From NCBI GenBank assembly GCA_003601775.1, contig PIYN01000002.1:203-64202 (forward strand): a stretch of 64,000 nt of DNA, in the 5' to 3' direction. The first letter of the stretch is position 1, and each line of letters opens with the position of its first letter. The position numbers and the translations under genes are program-made. Positions 1 to 8,688 of this stretch are shown one piece after another. Origin of the DNA: Candidatus Bathyarchaeota archaeon. Lineage in GTDB: Archaea; Thermoproteota; Bathyarchaeia; TCS64; PIYN01. Below the pieces are notes generated by a model. It was given only the letters and a program-made list of their open reading frames with translations. It was not told the origin of the DNA and did not search any database.

Positions 1-8
1 GTTATTAT

Positions 9-467
9 TTGGATAAGGTTGCAAGGGAGATGTGTCATTACCTCCTTCAGATGAGAGGTAGAGGTGTAGCAAATGTTTATGCCATTAAGAAGAATCCTCT
101 ATCGAATTGGACTTACACCCCACTTATCGGGACTTTATATCTGAAACCTCCTTCTAAAGGACTGATTGATGCCTATGAGAAGTTGAGGCAGGAACATATG
201 GATGCCCTTTTCAATAGTCTGGGCGATCAATTGAAGGTTATGAGGCAGAGGAAAGAGGAGAAACTTAGGAGAGCATTGAAGCCCAGATACACCTTTGAAC
301 AACAAGTGGAAAGGGCTCGTCAAATACTGCCTGAAATCTACCATCCAGATAGACCTCTGAAGAAGGGGAGAATAGACGTCAATTTGATGAGGGAGAAGTT
401 AGATATCGGTCACAACCTCGCATATAGAATCCGTGCAAGGCTTCTAAGAGAATTAGAAGGAGAATAA
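9..467 (+). CDS. hypothetical basic protein in an AT-rich, possibly foreign segment
   Basis: Intact 152-aa ORF with K/R-rich C-terminal half. Local GC is about 43% versus >60% elsewhere. I recognise no conserved motif. Confidence 0.35.
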   Translation: MDKVAREMCHYLLQMRGRGVANVYAIKKNPLSNWTYTPLIGTLYLKPPSKGLIDAYEKLRQEHMDALFNSLGDQLKVMRQRKEEKLRRALKPRYTFEQQVERARQILPEIYHPDRPLKKGRIDVNLMREKLDIGHNLAYRIRARLLRELEGE

Positions 468-590
468 GAGCCTTATTTTTACTACTCTAAGTATGAAGGG
501 ATATATGAACGCTGTGTAAGTCTTTTCAATCGCTGTATTAGTTATAACACTTGGAAAACCTTAAATATATTAGTCCTAACTGTAATAGAA

Positions 591-1088
591 ATGTCCTCTC
601 TGAGCACCCGGGAGATAGCTGCCTCCGGCATCATGGCCGCCCTCGTCTGCGTCACCACCATGTTTATTCAGGTACCGATACCAGCTACTAAGGGCTACTT
701 CAACATCGGAGATGCTATGATTATGATCGCCGCCCTGACTTTCGGACCAGTAATCGGGGCTTTAGCGGGAGGAATTGGCTCATCCCTTGCTGACCTACTT
801 AGTCCCTATTACTACTGGGCTCCCTTCACCTTAATCATCAAGGGAACTGAGGGGTTCCTCGCTGGTTGGATCCTCACCAGAGGCGGTGAAGAGAGCGTCT
901 CAAAGGTCGTCGTGGCGTGGGCTGTCGGGGGATTAGAGATGGTCATAGGATACTTCATCACTCAAGTATTTATGTACGGGCTCGGTGCTGCCCTTTTTGA
1001 AGCCCCTTTCAATCTCGTCCAAATGGCCGTTGGAGGAATCGTAGGCATCCCTCTATCCTTAGCCCTGAGAACGAGAATTAGAGCCTGA
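591..1088 (+). CDS. ECF-type transporter substrate-specific (S) component-like membrane protein (ThiW/QueT-like)
   Basis: 165 aa with about 5 hydrophobic helices and a small-residue-rich core (GDAMIMIAALTFGP, AGGIGSSLADL) typical of ECF S components. An AT-rich promoter region precedes it. No EcfAA'T genes are adjacent. Confidence 0.45.
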   Translation: MSSLSTREIAASGIMAALVCVTTMFIQVPIPATKGYFNIGDAMIMIAALTFGPVIGALAGGIGSSLADLLSPYYYWAPFTLIIKGTEGFLAGWILTRGGEESVSKVVVAWAVGGLEMVIGYFITQVFMYGLGAALFEAPFNLVQMAVGGIVGIPLSLALRTRIRA

Positions 1089-1161
1089 CTCATTATAACC
1101 TCCTACTTTAGATTTTATTCCCATCTCCTTTTTTAATACCTTCTTTGAAAGGTTAGGTTAG

Positions 1162-2052
1162 ATGTCCTCCGTCGACCTCGCCGTCTCCCTCTTCCGCAGA
1201 CTTGAGGGCGGCGACTTCCGTGTGCTCCAGGGCTTGGAGTTGGGCATGACCCAGTATAGGTTCGTCCCTTTGGAGGAGGTCGTGAGGTACTCCTCCCTCC
1301 CCCCCTCCGAGGTCGGGTTCAGGATCTCGAACCTCCACAGGCTGGGCCTCGTCTATCGATGGGTCGGCCCCTATGTGGGGTATGCCCTCAACACCGCGGG
1401 GTACGACTGCCTCGCCCTCAACGCCCTGGTCAAGGGAGGCATCTTGGAGGCCCTTGGGAAGCCCCTGGGGGTGGGGAAGGAGGCCGACGTCTACGACGCC
1501 CTCACCCCGGAGGGCGAACGGGTGGCCGTCAAGTTCCACAGGATCGGGAGGACGAGCTTCAGGGATACGAGGAGGAAGAGGGGGTACGAGGGGGATCGGA
1601 GGCATATCTCTTGGCTCTACCGGTCGAGGCTCGCGGCGGAGAGGGAGTTCGAGGCCCTGAAGCTGGTTCACTCGGTTGGGGTGGCCGTCCCCCGGCCGAT
1701 AAAGCAGAACAGACACGTCATCGTCATGGGCCTCATCGAGGGATGGGAGCTCGCCGAGGTGGGGGAGATCGACGAGGCTGAGGCCGTTCTCAATGAGGTG
1801 CTGGAGAACGTGAGGCTCTCCTACCAGAAGGCGGGGGTCATCCACGCAGACCTCAGCGAATACAACATAATAATCCAGGCCGACGGCCACGTGCTCCTCA
1901 TCGACTGGCCCCAGTACGTCACAAGGGAGCATCCAAACGCAGAGGACCTCCTGAGGAGGGACGTCCGGAACGTCCTCAACTACTTCAGGAGAAAATTCAG
2001 GGTAAGGAGGAGTCTGGAGGAGGAACTGGCGAGGATAAAGGGAGAGGCTTAG
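1162..2052 (+). CDS. rio2: RIO-type serine/threonine protein kinase Rio2
   Basis: N-terminal winged-helix region followed by a RIO kinase core. Motifs: GKEADVY...VAVKFHRIG, catalytic HADLSEYNIII, and metal-binding LIDWPQ. Confidence 0.75.
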   Translation: MSSVDLAVSLFRRLEGGDFRVLQGLELGMTQYRFVPLEEVVRYSSLPPSEVGFRISNLHRLGLVYRWVGPYVGYALNTAGYDCLALNALVKGGILEALGKPLGVGKEADVYDALTPEGERVAVKFHRIGRTSFRDTRRKRGYEGDRRHISWLYRSRLAAEREFEALKLVHSVGVAVPRPIKQNRHVIVMGLIEGWELAEVGEIDEAEAVLNEVLENVRLSYQKAGVIHADLSEYNIIIQADGHVLLIDWPQYVTREHPNAEDLLRRDVRNVLNYFRRKFRVRRSLEEELARIKGEA

Positions 2053-3053
2053 GGCCTCCAGCCCTCGATGAGGAGCAGGTAGAGGGAGGAGGCCGTGAGG
2101 TCCGCGGTTGTCCCGGGGTTGAGGTCCCCCCCGGCTTTATGGAGCTCCTCGTCCATCTCCAGGACCCTCCTCCTCCCCTCCGGGGTGGTGAGCCCCCCCT
2201 CCTCCAACGCCTCGATGGCCATCCTGCTCACCCTCAAGGCGGCCTCCTTTCCAGACTTCCTCTCGATGAGGGAGTCGGGGACCCTCGAGAGGATGTGGAG
2301 GTAGGTATGGACGACCGCGGTGTTGATATCCCCCGTCTCCCCCAGCACTCCTTTCAGGTAGGGGTATCCAAGGGTGAAGGTGATGGAGAAGTCCGTCACC
2401 CACTCCTCGCAGATGGAGTCCCTCCTCCTGCACTCCTCGAAGACCCTCAGGGGCGTCACCCCCTCCTTCTCAACCCTGGTCAACGTCTCATCGTCCAAGA
2501 CGTCGAGGGCCTCAACCCTCCCGAGGACCCTCGGAGAGACAGCGATACGGATGGCCCTGTAGATCCCCAGAGTGTCCCTGGGCGTGGACGCCCGGATGAT
2601 CCTCCCAAGGTCACGCCTCAGCCGGCAGAGGTCGATACGCTCGTTCTCCGAGAGGTGGAGGCCGGAGGCGGCGGCCAGTGGGGAGAGGAGGAGTATGATG
2701 CCGAGGTTCACGTTCCCCCCGCCCTGCCACGCCCCTGCCTCCCTCACAGCCCTGAGGATCTGGTCACCTAGGCCGATCTCTCCGAGACCTAAGTGCCCCC
2801 TCCCGGCGTCGTAACCCCTCTGGGCCAGCTCCTTCATCGCCGGGCCGATGGCGACGGCGCCAGCGAGGAACTGCTCGAACCTCGTCTTTGAGGTGTCCCT
2901 CGTCCTGTGGACGTTCCCTGGCTTGGGGTACCCTGAGACCTCCAGGAGGGAGGCTAGGACGGCACATCTCTCCACGAGGTCCCCCACATCACTCCTCGAT
3001 GGACTTGGAGTCATAGGGTATCTTACCCCGAAATACGTAGTGGTTAAAGGCAT
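2049..3053 (-). CDS. triphosphoribosyl-dephospho-CoA synthase (CitG/MdcB)-family protein associated with H4MPT biosynthesis
   Basis: 334 aa with a CitG-like signature (SGYPKPGNVHRTRD, GGGNVNLGIILL). It lies divergent to a methanopterin gene block. CitG-family genes (orf21-type) are known components of H4MPT biosynthesis clusters. Confidence 0.6.
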   Translation of the reverse strand: MPLTTTYFGVRYPMTPSPSRSDVGDLVERCAVLASLLEVSGYPKPGNVHRTRDTSKTRFEQFLAGAVAIGPAMKELAQRGYDAGRGHLGLGEIGLGDQILRAVREAGAWQGGGNVNLGIILLLSPLAAASGLHLSENERIDLCRLRRDLGRIIRASTPRDTLGIYRAIRIAVSPRVLGRVEALDVLDDETLTRVEKEGVTPLRVFEECRRRDSICEEWVTDFSITFTLGYPYLKGVLGETGDINTAVVHTYLHILSRVPDSLIERKSGKEAALRVSRMAIEALEEGGLTTPEGRRRVLEMDEELHKAGGDLNPGTTADLTASSLYLLLIEGWRP

Positions 3054-3091
3054 AAATAGGCTAAGGGCAGACTTCCTCCTGGTGTTCTGAG

Positions 3092-3667
3092 ATGGTTCGG
3101 GTGTTGGGGATCGTTGGGAGCCCCAGGGTAGGGGGGAATACGGAGCGCCTCGTCGCCGAGGCCTTGAGGGCGGCTGAAGAGGAGGGGGCTGAGACGAAAT
3201 TGTTGAGGCTGGCCGGGAGGGAGATCAGGCCATGTGACGCCTGCTTATCCTGCAGGAGGACCGGGGAGTGTCGGATAGAGGACGACTTCGGCCCCGTCTT
3301 CGATGAGATGCTCAGGTCCGATGGGATCATCCTGGCCACGCCCGTCTACTTCGGCTCCGCGACGCCCCAGATAAAGGCCCTCATCGACAGGGCGGGGTTC
3401 CTCTCCTCCGCGAGAGGCAGGGTCTTCGAGGACAAAGTCGGCGGGGCCCTCGTCGTCGCGAGGAGGGCCGGGCAGAACTTCACCTTCGCCCAGCTCCTCT
3501 TCTTCTTCCTCCACCAAGGTATGATCGTCCCCGGCTCCACCTACTGGAACATAGCCTTCGGGAGGGAGAAGGGGGAGGTGGAGGGGGATGAAGAGGGCCT
3601 GAGGACGGTCAGGAACTTCGGGAGGAAGATGGTCTGGCTCATCAGGAGGATTAAGGGCTCGGATTAA
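3092..3667 (+). CDS. iron-sulfur flavoprotein / NADPH-dependent FMN reductase family (Isf-like)
   Basis: Flavodoxin-like start (VLGIVGSPRVGGNTE) plus a compact cysteine cluster, CDACLSCRRTGEC (CX2CX2CX5C), characteristic of archaeal Isf proteins. Confidence 0.6.
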   Translation: MVRVLGIVGSPRVGGNTERLVAEALRAAEEEGAETKLLRLAGREIRPCDACLSCRRTGECRIEDDFGPVFDEMLRSDGIILATPVYFGSATPQIKALIDRAGFLSSARGRVFEDKVGGALVVARRAGQNFTFAQLLFFFLHQGMIVPGSTYWNIAFGREKGEVEGDEEGLRTVRNFGRKMVWLIRRIKGSD

Positions 3668-3765
3668 TCCGTCTCTTCGCCTTCCTTTTATAGTTCGCAG
3701 TCGAGGGGGATCATAGGAGGAGAACAGCCCTGAAGGGTCTCCGCGAGGGCGACTACATCGAGACT

Positions 3766-4731
3766 GTGGAGCACCTCATCTTCACCGTCAAGGGACTATC
3801 CCACCCGAGGGGGAGGACCATCGCCTACCTCCGCTACATCCCGGACTCCAGAGGAGATAGGAGGAGGGGAGACGGCCTCAGGTTCAGGAGGGTCTACGAC
3901 ACCAGGGAGACCACCGAGTACCTGAGGAGGAACTTCCCCGAGTACCTGCACCCCGACGAGAGGTGGGGGGTACTCCTCCAATCCGTCCCTGATACAGAGG
4001 TCCTGAGGGTCTACCACCCAACGGAGGGACTGGAGGAGATGAGGAGGAGACCTGCTGGGGAGCTTGGGGAATTGGCCGTGAGGTTCGCCGAGGCGATAGC
4101 CAGAGAGGCCGATATTCCACTGGGGGGCATCGGCGTCTCAGGGTCCCTCCTCCTCGGGTTGGCGACCACCTCCTCCGACATCGACCTCGTCATCTACGGT
4201 GAGGAAAACTGCCGGCGGGCCTATGAGGCCCTTAGGAGGCTGAGGGAGAGTGAAACCTGGATCTCTCCCTACGACCGTGAAAGGGTGATGGGGGTCGTGG
4301 AGTCGAGGTGGGGGGAGACCGGGATCGACTTGAACGCTTTCGTCGAGATCGAGAGGGCGAAGGTCCTCCACGGCCTCGTCGAGGGAAGGGACTACTTCAT
4401 CAGGCTCGTGAAGGACTGGGAAGAAGTCGAGGAGGAACCGATCTCTTGTAGCCCCTTGGGCACCGCAAGGGTCCAGGCCAGAATTAAGGACGATAGCGAC
4501 TCCATCTTCACCCCCTGCAGCTACCCCTTAGAGGAATGTAGGTTCCTGGAGGGAGGGGCTGAGGGGTTCGTCAAGGAGCTGGCGAGCTTCAGGGGGAGGT
4601 TCACGGAGCAGGCCCGGGAGGGGGAAGTCGTCGAAGCGAGAGGGAGATTAGAGAAGGTCCTCACCGAGGGGGGGACCCATCTGAGGCTCCTACTGGGAGA
4701 CCCAAGGGATTACCTCATCCCGATAGGGTGA
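3766..4731 (+). CDS. Pol-beta superfamily nucleotidyltransferase with a C-terminal beta-rich domain
   Basis: Minimal NTase motif GVSGSLLLGLATTSSDIDLVIYGE (GS...DxD). About 150 aa of a C-terminal domain I do not recognise. Its stop overlaps the start of the next gene (4728), which suggests an operon. Confidence 0.5.
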   Translation: MEHLIFTVKGLSHPRGRTIAYLRYIPDSRGDRRRGDGLRFRRVYDTRETTEYLRRNFPEYLHPDERWGVLLQSVPDTEVLRVYHPTEGLEEMRRRPAGELGELAVRFAEAIAREADIPLGGIGVSGSLLLGLATTSSDIDLVIYGEENCRRAYEALRRLRESETWISPYDRERVMGVVESRWGETGIDLNAFVEIERAKVLHGLVEGRDYFIRLVKDWEEVEEEPISCSPLGTARVQARIKDDSDSIFTPCSYPLEECRFLEGGAEGFVKELASFRGRFTEQAREGEVVEARGRLEKVLTEGGTHLRLLLGDPRDYLIPIG

Positions 4732-5405
4732 GAGGACGGATGTTCCAAGGAGATGATGTGCAAACGCTCCTTGATAAACTGGGCTTCATACCCGGGGAGA
4801 TCGTGGAGATCATCCTAACGACCCGCGGGGTCGAGGGGGAACTGAATGCGGCCCCCATGGGGGTCATCAGGGTTGGAGCCAGGACCCTCGAGGTCAGACC
4901 CTTCCTCGAGACGAGGACCTACAGGAACCTGAAGGATACGGGCCTGGGGGTGGCAAATATCACATATGATGTGGGCCTCTTCTTGGAGACGGCCTTCAAG
5001 AGGGGTGGCGTGAGACCGGAGTGGTTCGAGGAGGAGCCGGTTGCAGATCCACCAGGCCTCAGGGGGGCGGACGCCCTCCTCTTCCTCTCCGTCCTGGAGG
5101 AGAGCTCCTTCTCGGAGATGAGGGCGAGGTTCCTCTGCCGGGTGGAGTGGGTGAGGGTCCGGACCCCCTTCCCCAGGGCCTTCAGCAGGGGCTTCGCCGC
5201 CGCCATCGAGGCGATCATCCACGCCACGAGGATAGAGGCCTTTATAAGGGAAGGGAGGAGGGAAGAAGTTGATAGGCTACTCCGTCTGTTCAGGGGGTGC
5301 AGGGATGTCATCGAGAGGGTCTCCCCCGAGGACTCGCCGAACAGGAGGGTCGTGGAGACCCTGGAGGACATGATAGCGGAGTGGATGAGTAAGGAATGGA
5401 GGTAG
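4728..5405 (+). CDS. DUF447-family protein (FMN-binding split-barrel-like; methanopterin-associated)
   Basis: 225 aa. The N-terminal PGEIVEIILTT...NAAPMGV resembles the flavin-reductase-like/DUF447 fold that co-occurs with mptG in H4MPT clusters. It overlaps both neighbours by 4 and 10 nt. Confidence 0.45.
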   Translation: MRGRMFQGDDVQTLLDKLGFIPGEIVEIILTTRGVEGELNAAPMGVIRVGARTLEVRPFLETRTYRNLKDTGLGVANITYDVGLFLETAFKRGGVRPEWFEEEPVADPPGLRGADALLFLSVLEESSFSEMRARFLCRVEWVRVRTPFPRAFSRGFAAAIEAIIHATRIEAFIREGRREEVDRLLRLFRGCRDVIERVSPEDSPNRRVVETLEDMIAEWMSKEWR

Positions 5406-6352
5406 TGGTGAAAACCCCCGCCAGGCTCCACTTCGGGATCATCGACATGAGGGGAGACCTCGGGAGGATCTACGGCAGCGTCGGCGTCGCCATAGATCGC
5501 CCCAACATCATCCTAAGGGCGAGGTCCTCCGGGGAGTTAAGGGTCTCCGGCTCGAGGGCTGAGAGGGTCAGGGGGTACGCCGAGGCCCTCCTGAGGGACT
5601 TCAGCCTCGAGGGAGGGGCCGAGATCAAGGTCCTGAGGGATATGCCAGAGCACGTCGGGTTCGGCTCAGGGACACAGCTCGCCCTGGCGACGGGGTCAGC
5701 CCTCTCAAAGCTCTTCGACCTCGGTCTCACGGTCGAGGAGATCTCAGAGAGGCTGGGGAGGGGGAGGAGATCGGGCGTGGGGACCTACGCCTTCAAGGTG
5801 GGGGGGTTCGTAGTAGATGGGGGTCACAGCACCAAGAACCCCCAAGGGGTCCCGCCCCTCATCTTCAGGTCAGAGGTCCCAGAGGACTGGCTCTTCATCG
5901 TCGGCCTCCCAAGACTGGGCCGAGGGGTGAGCGGAGGGAGTGAGAGGGAGGCCTTCAGACGGGTCCCCAAACCATCCCCGGAGCTCGTGGGGGAGGTCTC
6001 GAGGGTCGTCCTCCTCAAGATGATCCCCTCCATCATAGAGGGCGACATAGAAGCCTTCGGAGAGGCCATGACAACCCTGGACTTCAAGTTCGGGGAGTGC
6101 TGGATGACCGTCCAGGGGGGGAGGTTCTCCCACCCCCTCGTGGAGGCGGGCATAAACTTCCTCCTCGAGGAAGGGGTCCACGGTGTCGGGCAGAGCTCCT
6201 GGGGCCCCGTCTTCTACGGCCTCGTCGAGGGAGAGGGACGGGCAAGGAAGATTAGTGGAAGACTCCAGGAGTTCTTGGAGGAGAGGGGTGGGGGGGAGGT
6301 CTTCTACACCAGGGCAAACAATCATGGGGCGGAGATTACCGTAAGACGCTGA
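5396..6352 (+). CDS. mptG: beta-ribofuranosylaminobenzene 5'-phosphate (beta-RFAP) synthase, GHMP-kinase fold
   Basis: Alignable by eye to MJ1427-type RFAP synthase. Matching elements: KTPARLHFGIIDMRGDLGRIYGSVGVAI, the GHMP motif GFGSGTQLALATGSAL, and FVVDGGHS. Confidence 0.75.
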   Translation: MEVVVKTPARLHFGIIDMRGDLGRIYGSVGVAIDRPNIILRARSSGELRVSGSRAERVRGYAEALLRDFSLEGGAEIKVLRDMPEHVGFGSGTQLALATGSALSKLFDLGLTVEEISERLGRGRRSGVGTYAFKVGGFVVDGGHSTKNPQGVPPLIFRSEVPEDWLFIVGLPRLGRGVSGGSEREAFRRVPKPSPELVGEVSRVVLLKMIPSIIEGDIEAFGEAMTTLDFKFGECWMTVQGGRFSHPLVEAGINFLLEEGVHGVGQSSWGPVFYGLVEGEGRARKISGRLQEFLEERGGGEVFYTRANNHGAEITVRR

Positions 6353-6364
6353 GGGTGTGAGGGG

Positions 6365-7102
6365 ATGTTCCTGGCCTGGGGGATCACTGGTGCGGGGCAC
6401 TTCCTCCTCGAGACCTTCACCCTGATGGAGGAGGTGGCGAGACGGGGGGACGTGAAGGTGACGACCTACCTGACGAGGGCGGGGGAGGAGGTCGTGAAGA
6501 TCTACGGGCTCTGGGACCGCCTTAGGGAGATCTCCGACGGCGGCTACTACTCCGAGATCCTCAGGGAGAAGGAGGAGGGTGCGAGCTCACCCTCGGCCGG
6601 GCGCCTGGCGAGGGGCGTCTACAGGGCGCTCATAGTCTCCCCCGCCTCAGCCAACACCGTCGCGAAGATCAGGGTCGGCATCGCCGATACCCTGGTGACG
6701 AACGCCGTCGCCCAGGCCCTGAAGTCTGGGACGCCCGTGCTGATCCTCCCGACGGACCAGGCCCTGGAGGAGTTCGAGACCACGCTGCCGCATAGGGTTG
6801 ATAGGGAGGTCTGTAGGGGGTGTAGGCCCTGCCCAGCGAGGGAGGTATGTCCCACTGATGCCTTAAGGAGGGTGGAGGGTCGGATGAGGATTCACCTCCC
6901 CCTCTGTGTGGGCTGCGGTCTATGCCTGGAGGCCTGCCCCTATGGGGCGATAAGGTTTGGGGAGAGGATAAGGGTGAGGGCGAGGGGGGTGGATGTGGAG
7001 AATGTGGAGTCCCTGAGGAGGATGGAGGGCCTGAAGGTCGCCTCCGACCCCGAGGAGCTCAGAGAGGCCATAGAGGAACTCCTGGGAGGTTCCAGCCCTT
7101 GA
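6365..7102 (+). CDS. dmrX: archaeal dihydromethanopterin reductase-like flavoprotein (AfpA/DmrX family) with two [4Fe-4S] ferredoxin motifs
   Basis: HFCD/AfpA flavoprotein signature (WGITGAGH, SPASANTVAKI) plus two CxxCxxCxxxCP motifs (CRGCRPCPAREVCP; CVGCGLCLEACP), as in M. mazei DmrX. Confidence 0.6.
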   Translation: MFLAWGITGAGHFLLETFTLMEEVARRGDVKVTTYLTRAGEEVVKIYGLWDRLREISDGGYYSEILREKEEGASSPSAGRLARGVYRALIVSPASANTVAKIRVGIADTLVTNAVAQALKSGTPVLILPTDQALEEFETTLPHRVDREVCRGCRPCPAREVCPTDALRRVEGRMRIHLPLCVGCGLCLEACPYGAIRFGERIRVRARGVDVENVESLRRMEGLKVASDPEELREAIEELLGGSSP

Positions 7103-7125
7103 GGGTCCTCCTGGTAACGGGGCTG

Positions 7126-8688
7126 ATGGCCAAGGAGATGGTGGAGCGCTACGCGAGGGTGAACGGCGTCGAGGCCACGGTCCTCGCCCTCCCCGTCTCC
7201 GTAGCCGCCTTCCTCACCCCCGATCTCGTCGCGGAGAGGCTGAGAGGGAGGGACCTGAGCGGATACGACCTCATCCTCCTCCCAGGGGCCATGAAGGGGG
7301 ATGTCTCAGCTGTTGAGGAGGCTACGGGAGTCCCCACCTTCAAGGGGCCCCTCCACGCAGCAGACCTCCCCTTAGTCCTAAGCCTCCTCGGCGAGATCGA
7401 GCTCTCGAAGACCCGTCCAGCCTCGGAGCTGATCAGGGGAAGACTGAGGAAACGCGCCCTCAAGGAAATAGAGTCGGCCGAGAGGGAGTGGAGGAGACTC
7501 CTCGAGGAGGGAGGGGGGTTCACCCTGGGGAAGGGGGCCGGTAGGGTAGCCGTGGGACGGCTGCTCCCGATGCGCGTAGTGGCGGAGATCGTGGACGCCC
7601 CGAGGCTCACGGATAGAGAAATAGAGCGGAGGGCCATCTACTACGCGGAGTCGGGCGCCGATATAATCGACGTGGGGATGATGGCGGGGAGGCCCAGGCC
7701 AGGGGAGGTGCGGAGGATCCTCGAGGCCGTGAGGAGCGCCGTCGAAAAGCCCGTCAGCATAGACACCCTCGACCCCTCGGAGATAAGGGCCGCCGTGAAG
7801 GCGGAGGTGGACCTCGTCCTGAGCTTAGACAGGGGGAATATGGAGGAGGTTGCACCCCTCCTCCAGGACATCCCCGTCGTCGTGATACCGACGGATGTCA
7901 GAAGAGGGGAGCTACCCCGGAGGGCTGAAGAACGCGTGAGGCGGTTGGAGAAGAACATAGAGCAGGCCCGGGAGATGGGGGTCGAGAAGGTCGTCGCGGA
8001 CCCGATATTGGAGCCCGCCCTGACCCCGGGCGTCTTCGAGTCCCTCAGGGCCTACCACCTCTTCGCCGAGAGGAACCCAAGGATCCCCCTCCTCTTCGGC
8101 GTGGGGAACGTGACCGAGCTGATGGACATCGACTCCGTGGGCGTGAACGGACTACTCGCGGCGATGGCCGCGGAGCTCGGCGTGAGCCTCCTCTTCACGC
8201 CCGAGCATAGCGACAAGGCGAGGGGGAGCGTGAGGGAGCTCGCCACGGCGTCAAGGATGATGTTCCTCGCGAAGAGGAGGAGGACAACCCCCAAGGACCT
8301 CGGCATCGACCTCCTCATCCTCAAGGATAAGAGGTTCAGGGAGGAAGGTTATAAGAGGAGCATCGAGGAGGGCGTTGAGGTCCTGGAGCCCGAGGAGGTG
8401 GAGGGCTACCAGGAGGATGAGAGGGGCTGGTTCAGGATACTCCTCGACAGGGAGGAGGGGAAGATCGTCCTCCTCCATTTCCCCAGAGGAGGGAAGAGGC
8501 CGGACCTCATATTGAAGGGCAGGAAGGCAAGGCCCCTATACATCGCAGCCATCAAGAGGGGATTGGTCTCGAGGCTCGACCATGCGGCCTACCTCGGGAG
8601 GGAGCTGGGGAAGGCGGAGGTCGCCCTCTCCACGGGGAAGGCCTATGTGGAGGATGAACCCCTCTTCCTCCGCTTCCACTCGGCGTAG
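7126..8688 (+). CDS. mptH: dihydropteroate synthase-like pterin-binding protein (MptH-type)
   Basis: Pterin-binding barrel motifs ([21 protein letters not shown]) preceded by an N-terminal domain, as in the long archaeal DHPS homologs used for H4MPT. An in-frame TTG at 7099 overlapping the upstream stop is an alternative start. The ORF-track start at 6922 is rejected. Confidence 0.6.
   Translation: MAKEMVERYARVNGVEATVLALPVSVAAFLTPDLVAERLRGRDLSGYDLILLPGAMKGDVSAVEEATGVPTFKGPLHAADLPLVLSLLGEIELSKTRPASELIRGRLRKRALKEIESAEREWRRLLEEGGGFTLGKGAGRVAVGRLLPMRVVAEIVDAPRLTDREIERRAIYYAESGADIIDVGMMAGRPRPGEVRRILEAVRSAVEKPVSIDTLDPSEIRAAVKAEVDLVLSLDRGNMEEVAPLLQDIPVVVIPTDVRRGELPRRAEERVRRLEKNIEQAREMGVEKVVADPILEPALTPGVFESLRAYHLFAERNPRIPLLFGVGNVTELMDIDSVGVNGLLAAMAAELGVSLLFTPEHSDKARGSVRELATASRMMFLAKRRRTTPKDLGIDLLILKDKRFREEGYKRSIEEGVEVLEPEEVEGYQEDERGWFRILLDREEGKIVLLHFPRGGKRPDLILKGRKARPLYIAAIKRGLVSRLDHAAYLGRELGKAEVALSTGKAYVEDEPLFLRFHSA

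Noticed and set aside
468-590. Possible TPP or other riboswitch upstream of the ECF S-component gene
   Set aside because: The conserved TPP-riboswitch core (CUGAGA ... ACCUGAUCUGGAUAAUGCCAGCGUAGGGAA-like) is not visible. The region looks like a plain AT-rich promoter.
1153-1932. 259-aa ORF on the - strand
   Set aside because: Antisense to the Rio2 kinase gene. No motifs, and typical antisense composition.
6922-7125. N-terminal extension of the mptH ORF overlapping the dmrX 3' end
   Set aside because: This frame translates the dmrX coding region out of frame and is Gly/Glu/Pro low-complexity. The conserved N-terminus ([12 protein letters not shown]) starts at 7099-7126.
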